Shown here: piece by piece, positions 18,144-26,930 of the stretch
How positions within the stretch are numbered: position 1 is the stretch's first letter
Layout of the letters: each line of letters opens with the position of its first letter
The notes under the pieces: generated by a model
The model's database searches: none
Seen by the model: the letters and a program-made list of their open reading frames with translations, nothing else
What the model was told of the DNA's origin: nothing
Position numbers and translations under genes: made by a program
Source: an uncultured Spirochaetales bacterium
GTDB taxonomy: Bacteria > Spirochaetota > Spirochaetia > SZUA-6
Direction: 5' to 3'
Assembly: GCA_964596425.1 (NCBI GenBank)
Contig: CAZQTC010000031.1
Coordinates: 73,830 to 137,829 of the forward strand
DNA length: 64,000 nt

Positions 18144-19544
18144 ATGGATTATTTACAACAGTTAGAATGGAGAAATTTTTTATTTCAAAGTAAGGTCAGG
18201 GTTTTAAACGAGCTTAGAAACTATATTGAAAGTGCCGATACCTACGAATTACAGCTCTTTGCCAATGATCTGGGTTCTGTATTTACCCCGGATGGTAAGA
18301 GTTTAAGGGAGATACTACTTCATGTGTTATCCACCGGAACGGCTCCTGCGGGGTGGCAACCCTTTCGGTTTCCATCTGTCGTTCCGCCTATGGGTTCCGG
18401 AGGTGCTCATGTGCCGCCACCTCCTCCACCTCCTGGAGGGATATCTGCGCCCCCACCTATGGGTGGTCCTTCGCGGGGTGCAGTCTCACCTTCAGTGTCT
18501 GGGACGGGGACTCCCCCCCCTCCACCTCCTGGATTTGTGCCCGAGGCTGCTGGTAACCTTGCTTCTGCACCACCTCCGCCATCATCTGATTCTGTGGGCG
18601 TCCCTTCCGATTCTTTGGGGGGTTCTAACATCTCCGGTACGCCTGATATGGGTGCTCCTCAGGGTACTGGGGCTGCTTTGAAGGGTTTGTCTGTGAGCGG
18701 GGGAGACGTGGAAGAGGGTACTGGCAAACAAACGGGTGAGGGTGCTTCTGTCCAGACGCTCGAAACAGAAGAAAGTTCAACAGTGGAGACACCTCAGGTT
18801 GAGGGGGCATCCGCGACGGAGAGTGCAGCATTGAAAGAAGAGGTGCTTTCCTCTCTCAAAATGGTGGATATCCCGGGTGGAAGCTTTGTTATGGGTGCCA
18901 ATGACGGACGTGAGGAGGAAAAACCGGCACATAAGGTTAATCTTTCTTCCTATAAGATGTCTGCCTACCTTGTGACCAATAAACAGTACAGAGCCTTTGT
19001 TCTTGCCAATCCTGAGTGGCAGAAAGATCGGATTAATCCCGATTTTCACGATGGGAAGTACCTGGACGATTGGGAGGGAAACGAATACCCCGAGGGTAAG
19101 GATGATCATCCTGTAGCTTTTGTTTCTTTCTATGCGGCGGAGGCATTTGCCAGGTGGTTGGGTAAAAGGCTTCCTACCGAGGCGGAGTGGGAGTTTGCAG
19201 CGAGGGGTGGCCTTGTGGGTAAGAAGTTTCCCAACGGTGATAAGATGAATGAAAAGATAGCGAATTTTGCCAAGCGCTACTCGGGTACAACACCTGTAGG
19301 ACAGTTCGATCCGAATGGATATGGGTTGTACGATATGGCGGGTAATCTGTTCGAATGGACAGCCGATTGGTTTTCCAAGTACACGGAGGAGGAACAAACA
19401 GACCCTAAGGGGCCCTCGTCTGGCGATTACAAGGTAATAAGGGGGGGAAGCTGGATTTCTTCTGCAATGACACTCCGGGTAAGTTTTAGGATAGACGAAG
19501 AACCGGAACGATGCGGGTATATCGGCATACGTCTTGCGGAGTAG
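18144..19544 (+). CDS. FGE-sulfatase (SUMF1-like) domain protein with polyproline/acidic linker
   Basis: C-terminal RLPTEAEWEFAARG, NGYGLYDMAGNLFEW, RGGSW, IGIRLA; several P4-P7 runs; no signal peptide. Confidence 0.85.
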   Translation: MDYLQQLEWRNFLFQSKVRVLNELRNYIESADTYELQLFANDLGSVFTPDGKSLREILLHVLSTGTAPAGWQPFRFPSVVPPMGSGGAHVPPPPPPPGGISAPPPMGGPSRGAVSPSVSGTGTPPPPPPGFVPEAAGNLASAPPPPSSDSVGVPSDSLGGSNISGTPDMGAPQGTGAALKGLSVSGGDVEEGTGKQTGEGASVQTLETEESSTVETPQVEGASATESAALKEEVLSSLKMVDIPGGSFVMGANDGREEEKPAHKVNLSSYKMSAYLVTNKQYRAFVLANPEWQKDRINPDFHDGKYLDDWEGNEYPEGKDDHPVAFVSFYAAEAFARWLGKRLPTEAEWEFAARGGLVGKKFPNGDKMNEKIANFAKRYSGTTPVGQFDPNGYGLYDMAGNLFEWTADWFSKYTEEEQTDPKGPSSGDYKVIRGGSWISSAMTLRVSFRIDEEPERCGYIGIRLAE

Positions 19545-19593
19545 GTTCTTAACAGGATTTTCTTTTTATTTGAGGGTTAGGTTACTTTTTGTA

Positions 19594-20466
19594 CTATTCT
19601 ATTCCCAACTGGGAGGCAGCTTTCTCTATTTCGGCCTTTGTTCTATCTACTATCTCTTGTGCCTTTTCCTTTGTGATGGGAATTCTATCAAATACCTCTT
19701 GGGGGGGTTCTTCTACAGCATTTGAGCCGCTAAAACCCAGTTGATGAGTTATTGCGAGCCAATCGCTTACCTGGACAATGTCTACAGCACTATCCTGTGA
19801 CAAGCTGAATCCCTTTCTTGTAGCTGGAGCCTCATGGTGATGTCTTATTGCAACTATTGTGAGGAGTGGTAGTTCCCATGATCTTGCAACCCATTCCCCT
19901 ACTCTTGTATGATCCACTCCTAAAATTTTTTGCTCCGCTTTGTAGAATGGAATCTCTTCCTTTTCTAACTCATCAAGTACTGGTATAAAGGTTTCTGAAC
20001 AAAAACTGTCTAGGGCTACTTTGCCTATGTCATGTAAAAGACCTGCCGTAAATATATCGTCGGGGTGTTTATGTTTTTTTTCCGTTTTGGCTATCTCTCT
20101 GGATAGGATGGCAACTGCAATGCTGTGAGTCCAAAACTTGCCCCTATCGAAACGTTTATTTGACGTTCTTTCAAAGGCTTTTATAACTCCCAATGCCAGT
20201 ACAAGTTGTGATATGGCATTTGTTCCAAGGTAGGTTACGGCCTCTTTTATATTGTTTATCTTTCTGGAGAGTCCGTAATAGGCAGAGTTTACCAGAGAAA
20301 GTACCTTGGCTGATATGCTCTGGTCATACTCTATAACCTGTGCCAATTCGGCGGCTCCCGCGGTAGGGGATTTTATTATAGAGTTTACCTTAACAGCTAC
20401 AGTTGGAAGTGTCGGCAACGACTGAATTGCTTTTATTATCTTTTTTATCTCTTCCTGATTCCCCAT
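19594..20466 (-). CDS. HDOD domain protein
   Basis: LPTLP, DQSISAKVLSLVNS, WTHS, AGLLHDIGK, IRHHHE. Confidence 0.9.
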   Translation of the reverse strand: MGNQEEIKKIIKAIQSLPTLPTVAVKVNSIIKSPTAGAAELAQVIEYDQSISAKVLSLVNSAYYGLSRKINNIKEAVTYLGTNAISQLVLALGVIKAFERTSNKRFDRGKFWTHSIAVAILSREIAKTEKKHKHPDDIFTAGLLHDIGKVALDSFCSETFIPVLDELEKEEIPFYKAEQKILGVDHTRVGEWVARSWELPLLTIVAIRHHHEAPATRKGFSLSQDSAVDIVQVSDWLAITHQLGFSGSNAVEEPPQEVFDRIPITKEKAQEIVDRTKAEIEKAASQLGIE

Positions 20467-20496
20467 GATTTCCTCCGTAGTGAGTTTTTTCGTACT

Positions 20497-22050
20497 CTAG
20501 AGACTGGCTATTACCTCTGTGATGAGTATCGTTATGTCGTCCTGAAAGTTTGGCTCTGCCATGTACATCATTAATTCCGAGAGCAGATTGTTTGACACAG
20601 CATCGATGTCATTATTTAAGTTTTCCTTCATAACTCTAATTATTCCCCGTTTCCCAAACTGTTCGTGGTTTTCATTCTCTGTTTCGAGTATCCCGTCTGT
20701 ATTGTATACAATTCTATCGCCGGGCTCCAATTCTATTGATTTCTCTTCGTATTCTGTGCCCTCAAACATTCCCAGGAAAAAACCCATCGTGGATAGCTCG
20801 GTTACCCTCCCGTCCGGATGAAAGAGAAGCTGATTAGGATGACCTGCATTAGAATAGTAGAGTTTCATCTCGTTCGTGTCAATGATAGAGTAGAAAGCGG
20901 TAATGTAGTGCTCCGTGTGAATCATGTGGGTAAACTCTTTGTTTAGTTTGGAGAGAGTTTCCGCTGTGGATAGTGACTGTGGAGCACAAAGGTCGAACTG
21001 GCTTTTAAACATTGTGGTAATAAAAGCGGAAGACACACCATGTCCGGAAACATCGGCTATTATAATTCCTACCTTACTTTTATCCAGTCTTTTAATGTCG
21101 AAGAAATCGCCCCCTATATAGGCGTAGGGTATGTATTTGTGGGCAAAGTTTAGGGGGAGATCCGTCGGAAACTCTTTTGGTAACAGGCTTTTTTGGAGCT
21201 CACTCGCAAGAGATAGTTCTTCCACTATTTGTCTGTTTTTCTTTTCAAGTTCTTCCAGAGCATTTTTCAGTTCGAGAGCCTGCTTTTGAAGGATTTCGTT
21301 TGCGGATTCCAATTCAATTGTGCGCTCTTTCAGTATGTTATCCTGTATTACATTGAGACGTTCACTCTTCTCTTCAAGATCCTTTATCTCCCTTATTTCG
21401 TTTATGAATAAAACCCATTTTGTCTTCTGAGGGAGTCCAGGGATATTGATGTGTTCGTAGGGCATTTTAGAGATGGTACAGGAAACCTCTTTGTTATGAG
21501 CGTCGGTTAGATACCTTATATGGTTTCCCTCACTGGTTGTATCTGGTATATCTTCTATGGGAAGACCAAATACCTCCTCAAATTTTTTCCCCTTCTGTTC
21601 CTTTAATTTATGTCCCAGAAACTCTCTATTGGTGGGTATGCATGAGATGATGTGTTGTTTATTATCTAAAAAGATGATCTGGACCGTTCCGCCTTCAAAG
21701 AAAGAACGTAGGAGCTGGAGACATACGTTTTTCTTTTTTCTTTTGACGAACCACTTAATCATCTTGGAGATCCAAAATGGATCGATCTCCTTTGGCAGGT
21801 ATAGTATTCTTTCCTCTCCGGCTTTTTCTTTGTCGGTGGCAAGGGCAAATATATAGGTCCCTTCTTCCGTTGCACTATTGAGCTGATCAGAGATTTCATC
21901 TAGAAAGTCGGTATCTAAGAATACAAATATATCGTTTTTTAGAAGAGAGATCTCCTCGGCGCCCCGGATTTTGAAGTTTATACCATCTTTTTTTAGTTCC
22001 TTTTGTAGATTTTCACATTCTTTGGCATCTCTCCCAACAAGTATGACCAA
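20497..22050 (-). CDS. SpoIIE/RsbU-like PP2C phosphatase with degenerate REC-like N-terminus, PAS-like domain and coiled coil
   Basis: ELQKSLLP, GGDFFD, IADVSGHG, NAGHP, YNTDGI, QDDITIL. Confidence 0.9.
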   Translation of the reverse strand: MVILVGRDAKECENLQKELKKDGINFKIRGAEEISLLKNDIFVFLDTDFLDEISDQLNSATEEGTYIFALATDKEKAGEERILYLPKEIDPFWISKMIKWFVKRKKKNVCLQLLRSFFEGGTVQIIFLDNKQHIISCIPTNREFLGHKLKEQKGKKFEEVFGLPIEDIPDTTSEGNHIRYLTDAHNKEVSCTISKMPYEHINIPGLPQKTKWVLFINEIREIKDLEEKSERLNVIQDNILKERTIELESANEILQKQALELKNALEELEKKNRQIVEELSLASELQKSLLPKEFPTDLPLNFAHKYIPYAYIGGDFFDIKRLDKSKVGIIIADVSGHGVSSAFITTMFKSQFDLCAPQSLSTAETLSKLNKEFTHMIHTEHYITAFYSIIDTNEMKLYYSNAGHPNQLLFHPDGRVTELSTMGFFLGMFEGTEYEEKSIELEPGDRIVYNTDGILETENENHEQFGKRGIIRVMKENLNNDIDAVSNNLLSELMMYMAEPNFQDDITILITEVIASL

Positions 22051-22095
22051 CTCTTCCTCCGCAGATGTTTCGAGCTTCTATGTAACAGTAACTGA

Positions 22096-22128
22096 TAACT
22101 ATTGTAGTTAAAATTGTAAATGATACAA
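22096..22128 (-). promoter_or_regulatory. Candidate promoter of the PP2C-HDOD operon with overlapping palindrome
   Basis: Minus strand TTGTAT-16-TACAAT; the -10 lies inside TAACTA-N3-TAGTTA (22096-22110). Confidence 0.45.
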
Positions 22129-22148
22129 GAAGTAAAAGAAAAAATGTG

Positions 22149-22162
22149 AGATAACGTTATCT
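22149..22162. promoter_or_regulatory. Perfect 14-bp palindrome, candidate operator
   Basis: AGATAACGTTATCT in the intergenic region upstream of the PP2C gene. Confidence 0.45.
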
Positions 22163-22621
22163 TTTATTTGTGTTTGACTTAGGGAAAATGAGTAGTAATC
22201 AATTTTATGTTCCACCGTTGTACCCGCAATTTTTACCGTTTTGCAGGTTGGTATGCTTGGTGTATAGTAGATTCCTCAGGGCTACGATAACCGGGACTAG
22301 GATAAAAACAATCGTCGCTAATTCTAGCCAGATGGACATATCCCATCCCTTGTGGAGGGTCAGGAATTTGGGAAGCGAGAGAAATAGGAGAAATAGTATG
22401 TATTCATACTATCTGTTTTTCTCTCTAAAGTGGAAGATAAGAATGGTTGTACTTATCCGCGACGCGTATAAATAAATATTCTCTCCCATTACATAACTCG
22501 CGGAAATGGAGTCGATACGGTGACGGAAGAGAAAAAAATTGAGGAATTGATGACACGTTTGTTTGGTTCGTGGTTAGCAATGAGATTTTCCACAATGAGG
22601 TTCTCCAAATAATAAAAAGAT

Positions 22622-22649
22622 TTGACTTTGAAATCGGTGGAAGTATAAT
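22622..22649 (+). promoter_or_regulatory. Sigma-70-type promoter of the alpha/beta hydrolase gene
   Basis: TTGACT-16 bp-TATAAT; SD AGGAGG at about 22707. Confidence 0.65.
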
Positions 22650-22723
22650 TTTTTTACGAATGGTAGATTTTTACTCTTTTTTTAGAGCTTCCTTAGGAGT
22701 AATTGTAGGAGGAAAGTAATAGT

Positions 22724-23527
22724 ATGAATCATATCAAGGCTTCTCTTAAAACAGACGACGGGTATAGGATACCGTATCATAGCTGGGAGCTTAGACAGGG
22801 TGGGTATAAATGGTTGGCTCTTGTACTTAGAGACCCCTATTTTCCTATTGAGCGGAATGAGCGACTGATCAATTTTTTGCTTGAGAATTACTTTAAGTTG
22901 TACGCACCTGAGATTCCTGAAATTTCTAATTCCGCAGGCAAGCCGATGGGGATAGATGGTTTTTCTGCGCATCTTGGGAGTTTTAGAGCCTTTCTTGAGG
23001 AAAAAGAGGATAATTTACCGATTGTACCCTTTGTCTTTTCTATATCTGCTCTCCCGTTTCTCTACTATTATTTTCATGTGCTTCCCCCCTTTAAAAAGAT
23101 AGTTATGTTTTCTCCCGTATTGGATTATTCGAAAAAGCCCCTGGAGGGTTCGTTGTTCTGCAAGAGCAGGATACAGGTTGCTTTTAGTGATGATATGCTC
23201 TCCGAGGTAGCTGCAGAGAGATCCGAGGCGGAGAAAGCTATGGACAAATCCCCCACTGTTTCGAAAAAATTGGTAAAGGATTTGAGACGAGAGTTTGCGA
23301 GTTTCCCGGGGGAGTTGGGAGTTGATACTGTTAATGTAAGAATCGGGGTTTTCTATGGAGAATCGGATGGTCTTGTCTCTGTTGAGAGAGTTAATGCTCT
23401 TAAAGATTCCCTTAAGAGTGGTGAGGTGGAGATATATACGTATCCCCGAGTACGTCATTTTATGTTCAATGACAAGTACTGGAAGAATTTGCTTAATGAT
23501 CTGAAGGTATTTTTGGGTAAGGAGTAG
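22724..23527 (+). CDS. Divergent alpha/beta hydrolase (lysophospholipase/PldB-like)
   Basis: DGYRIPYHSW N-terminus, FSPV, GESDGLV (Asp), RHFMF (His); nucleophile elbow reads VFSISA instead of GxSxG. Confidence 0.65.
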   Translation: MNHIKASLKTDDGYRIPYHSWELRQGGYKWLALVLRDPYFPIERNERLINFLLENYFKLYAPEIPEISNSAGKPMGIDGFSAHLGSFRAFLEEKEDNLPIVPFVFSISALPFLYYYFHVLPPFKKIVMFSPVLDYSKKPLEGSLFCKSRIQVAFSDDMLSEVAAERSEAEKAMDKSPTVSKKLVKDLRREFASFPGELGVDTVNVRIGVFYGESDGLVSVERVNALKDSLKSGEVEIYTYPRVRHFMFNDKYWKNLLNDLKVFLGKE

Positions 23528-23557
23528 AAGACTTAAAGATACTTAAGGATAGGTAGC

Positions 23558-24067
23558 CTATTTTAGCTTTTTTATCACGTTATCTATCAATTTTACCTCT
23601 CGCTGTACCGATTTTAAATAGATCGGGAGAGAGTTTTTATAGTTTATACATGATTTTACTATTATTTCTTTCTCTGCTTTCGTAAAACTTATTTTTTTTT
23701 CGGTTTTTTTCTTTTTCGTTTTTTTCTTCTCTGTTGTTTCTTCTTCTGTTGTTTTTACGGTATCTTCATAGGCTATAGAGTTTTCTCCTATAAGGGCTTC
23801 CTGGAGCGGAGATAATTTTTTCGTTTTTGTTTTTTTTCTGGTCTTTTTTTGCGCTTTGGTGGGGGGGGTGTCCTCTGCCTTTTCATCGATAATTTTTTCT
23901 TCGATAACGGTCTCGTTCAATGCCTCCTCGTTCTGAGTTTTGCTCTTCTCCTCTATCTCTTTTAGTACTTTGAAAATACTGGTTTCTGTTATATCTTTTG
24001 GTACCTGAGCTATTCGTTGTTCTACCCGCTCGGCATTTGGACCTTTTATTAACTTTTTTCTTCCCAT
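23558..24067 (-). CDS. Hypothetical Lys-rich protein downstream of parA (putative ParA partner)
   Basis: 169 aa; basic N-terminal peptide, Lys/Glu/Thr-rich linker, C-terminal helical hairpin; SD GGGGAG; no ParB GxxR motif. Confidence 0.65.
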   Translation of the reverse strand: MGRKKLIKGPNAERVEQRIAQVPKDITETSIFKVLKEIEEKSKTQNEEALNETVIEEKIIDEKAEDTPPTKAQKKTRKKTKTKKLSPLQEALIGENSIAYEDTVKTTEEETTEKKKTKKKKTEKKISFTKAEKEIIVKSCINYKNSLPIYLKSVQREVKLIDNVIKKLK

Positions 24068-24127
24068 TTTAGCTACTCCCCACTTTTTATAGATATCTGT
24101 TTATGCAGAGTATATTATAGGAAAATC

Positions 24128-24901
24128 TCATGAGTTTTCTAACCATTTTTCTACTTCTTTGGCTAATTCTTTAAAATCTTGTGCCCCTCTGGATTTGGGG
24201 GCATAGTCGAAGATTGTTTTTTGAGCGTATTGACTCTCTTCAACCGCGATGTTTTTATGTATTACGGTTTTAAAAACCATATCGCCTAACTGTTTCCTTA
24301 GAGTTGCAGCAAGGTCCTGGCTTATAACGGTGCGTTTGTCGTAGAGAGTAATAAAGTAACGGACACTTCTTAAGCCGGGATTACTCTCCCTCGCCTCTTT
24401 TATTGTTTCATTAAGATCACCCAATCCCTCCTGACAGAAGAATGTCGGCTGTACAGGAACAAGTACGTGGGTCGCGGCGAGTAGGGCTGAGATTGTAAAG
24501 AGACCGAGAGAGGGAGGGGTATCTATTACTATGTAATTAAAGTCTTTGTATACCTCCGGTAGAGCCTTCTTTAGGGTATTAAATGTGGAAAGAGTTCTCT
24601 CCAGATTTTCCACTCTGTTTAGTTTTGTGCGTGTTGGTATAATGAAGAGGTTTTCGTATGGGGTTTGTGTTATGAGTTCTCTTATATTAGCCTCCCCACG
24701 GTATAGAAGGGATACATCGCGTTCTATCTTTTCGTAGTCCATGATATTTCTTGTAAGGTTGGCCTGTGGGTCTGTATCTATCATAAGAACTTTTTTACCC
24801 TCGAGTGCCCATGCTGCAGATAAGGAGAGAACCGAGGTGGTTTTACAGACTCCCCCTTTCTGCTGAGCTACGCATAATATTTTTGGCTTATACCTCTTCA
24901 T
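24128..24901 (-). CDS. parA: ParA/Soj-family ATPase (orphan)
   Basis: QQKGGVCKTT Walker A variant, IDTDPQANLT, IDTPPSLG, final FKELAKEV. Confidence 0.9.
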   Translation of the reverse strand: MKRYKPKILCVAQQKGGVCKTTSVLSLSAAWALEGKKVLMIDTDPQANLTRNIMDYEKIERDVSLLYRGEANIRELITQTPYENLFIIPTRTKLNRVENLERTLSTFNTLKKALPEVYKDFNYIVIDTPPSLGLFTISALLAATHVLVPVQPTFFCQEGLGDLNETIKEARESNPGLRSVRYFITLYDKRTVISQDLAATLRKQLGDMVFKTVIHKNIAVEESQYAQKTIFDYAPKSRGAQDFKELAKEVEKWLENS

Positions 24902-25013
24902 GTTCTACTAATCGGCCTAAATTTCTTAAATATCAAAAAAAATCTTGCATATTATTTTTTCATTAATAATATATTTATTAGAGTGATACAATAAGCGCAT
25001 ATAAGGATAAAAA

Positions 25014-25919
25014 ATGGGGAAAGTCTACTCTGTAGGTTTCAAGGAAGAAGAGCACAGTAAAATTGGGGAGATTGTTTCCAAGAAGGGACTTGAATTTGTA
25101 GAACTTACAGAGGATGTGGTAGAAACTCTTTCTGCGGCGGAGAGACATACCCCGGTGTTTATCAAGGTTGATGACAGGGAGGGGGTCAAATTATTAAAGA
25201 AAATAAAGACAGAGGCGGGGGAGAATATATATGTGTGTGGAGTAGATTACTCTAACAGGGATATAGCGTTTGCTGTTTCTCTGATTGATGATGTTCGGGT
25301 GTTTTATCTCCCGGTGGATGAAAACGAGATTCGTAAGGTTCTCAATGAGATAATGGAGGAGATAAGGGTAGGGGAGGCGGAAACCTCGGTTTTTGACGGG
25401 CTTAAGAGTTCGTTTTCTAGTTTTGAATGGGAAACAGACAAGGTCGCTGTTTCGAGTGTGTGTAAGTATTTGGCACGTTCTATGAGGAACGCGGGTTTTT
25501 ATAAAACCTCTACGGAGGAGGATAATGCTGTTCTTGCTCTGGAGGAGGCCCTGTTGAACTCGATTGAGCATGGTAATCTGGAGTTAGATTCTTCTTTAAG
25601 GCCGAAGGACATTTTGGAAGAGGATAAATATGAGCTTTTGAAGGCGGAGAGACTAAGGGATAAGAGATATGCGGGTAGGAAGATTAAGATAGGTGTAGAG
25701 ATGGATGAAAATAAGTGCACTATATCTATTGAGGATGAAGGGCAAGGATTTGATACTTCAAAGGTAAAAGATTATATTAATAATGAAAATTATACCAACG
25801 AGGATATAGCTGACGTTTCTGGTAAGGGATTCTCGTTGATGAAGAGGGCATTTGATAAAGTCGAGTACAACGACAGGGGAACTGTTATTAAATTAACTAA
25901 ATACAGAGATAAGAGTTAA
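25014..25919 (+). CDS. RsbW-like anti-sigma factor / Ser kinase (HATPase_c_2) with N-terminal pseudo-receiver
   Basis: EALLNSIEHGN, IEDEGQGFD, SGKGFSLM, YNDRGT; N-terminal REC-like pattern lacks the acidic pocket. Confidence 0.82.
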   Translation: MGKVYSVGFKEEEHSKIGEIVSKKGLEFVELTEDVVETLSAAERHTPVFIKVDDREGVKLLKKIKTEAGENIYVCGVDYSNRDIAFAVSLIDDVRVFYLPVDENEIRKVLNEIMEEIRVGEAETSVFDGLKSSFSSFEWETDKVAVSSVCKYLARSMRNAGFYKTSTEEDNAVLALEEALLNSIEHGNLELDSSLRPKDILEEDKYELLKAERLRDKRYAGRKIKIGVEMDENKCTISIEDEGQGFDTSKVKDYINNENYTNEDIADVSGKGFSLMKRAFDKVEYNDRGTVIKLTKYRDKS

Positions 25920-25930
25920 AGGAGGTTCAG

Positions 25931-26173
25931 ATGGAACTATCTGAGAAAGAACTAAAGATTGTACTGCAGTCTTTGAAGAGTTATCTTGGTGAGGTTGCTG
26001 GAGCTACTCAGGCACAGAAAAACAAGATGGAGGCAGTGCAAAAAATTATAGATAAGATAGAAGGGGAGATTGGTCCCCTAAAACCGGAAATAACACCTTT
26101 TGATAAAAAGATGGAAGAGTCCCTTTCAGTATTGAAAAAGGGCAAACAAACAACTAAGAAAAAGAAAAAATAG
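25931..26173 (+). CDS. Small hypothetical protein (helical hairpin + poly-Lys tail)
   Basis: 80 aa; SD GGAGG; in operon spacing. Confidence 0.7.
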   Translation: MELSEKELKIVLQSLKSYLGEVAGATQAQKNKMEAVQKIIDKIEGEIGPLKPEITPFDKKMEESLSVLKKGKQTTKKKKK

Positions 26174-26181
26174 GAGGAAAT

Positions 26182-26901
26182 ATGGCTAAGCAAGAAGAAC
26201 AAGCAAAATTGTGGAGTCGTGAGGCTATAATGGCTGTAGAGAATAGGATTCTACAGCAGATTGTGGCAGCCCGTACTCCGGAGGCGGTAGAAGCCGCAAT
26301 AAGTTATGCGCGATTTCTAAGGCTTTCAGGATTGACTTCAGATAACTATCCCCTATTCCTAAAGATGCTAGAAATAGAGAACCATTGGGTTCTTGACGCT
26401 CTAATAGGGGATGAGGATCCGTTCCTGTTGCTCTCTACCATCCAACCCAACAGGTATGTAATTTCGACCTGTTTTAAGCTTTTGACAAGGTGGCATCCGG
26501 GTGGTATCTATCCCAACACACTCTCAATAGCCCTAGGTGTGCTTCAGAGCGCCTACAGCTCTCCAAAGGATGGGTATAAAATTTATCCATTAAATGTGGC
26601 TGATGTTGATAACCTCGGTAAGCACCTTGAGAAGGAGAAGGGACAGAACTATCCCCAGAACCGATGTATTCTGGATATCCTTGATAGGATAGGTTCCCTT
26701 CAAGGTCTGGGTTGGGATGAATCTATGGAGGAGGTAGCACGACAGGCCATAAGGATTAGGAGTAACTTCTTTGATAATACAAAGAAGTTGGAGGATTGTA
26801 TTCCTCAGGTTTTGCTTGTAAGAGGCGATTATCTTAAAGAGGAGGTTCCTCCGAGGTTTGTCTTTGAAGAAGATATCGATGTAACCCATAGGCACGATTA
26901 A
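26182..26901 (+). CDS. Hypothetical protein, paralog A of tandem pair
   Basis: 239 aa; SD GGAGG; about 55-60% identical (hand alignment) to 26931..27650. Confidence 0.85.
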   Translation: MAKQEEQAKLWSREAIMAVENRILQQIVAARTPEAVEAAISYARFLRLSGLTSDNYPLFLKMLEIENHWVLDALIGDEDPFLLLSTIQPNRYVISTCFKLLTRWHPGGIYPNTLSIALGVLQSAYSSPKDGYKIYPLNVADVDNLGKHLEKEKGQNYPQNRCILDILDRIGSLQGLGWDESMEEVARQAIRIRSNFFDNTKKLEDCIPQVLLVRGDYLKEEVPPRFVFEEDIDVTHRHD

Positions 26902-26930
26902 TAATCATTTTAGGAAAAAGGAGAAGAGAT

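Noticed and set aside
18144-19544. FGE/CLec domain as a diversity-generating retroelement target
   Set aside because: No reverse transcriptase, and I saw no second copy (template repeat) of the 3' end in the window.
22170-22475. 101-aa plus-strand ORF in the intergenic gap
   Set aside because: No SD, and the composition is not protein-like; the opposite strand has a better TM-like frame.
23558-24901. Chromosomal parAB/oriC region
   Set aside because: The partner has no ParB motifs; no dnaA, gidA/gidB or recognisable parS was seen nearby.
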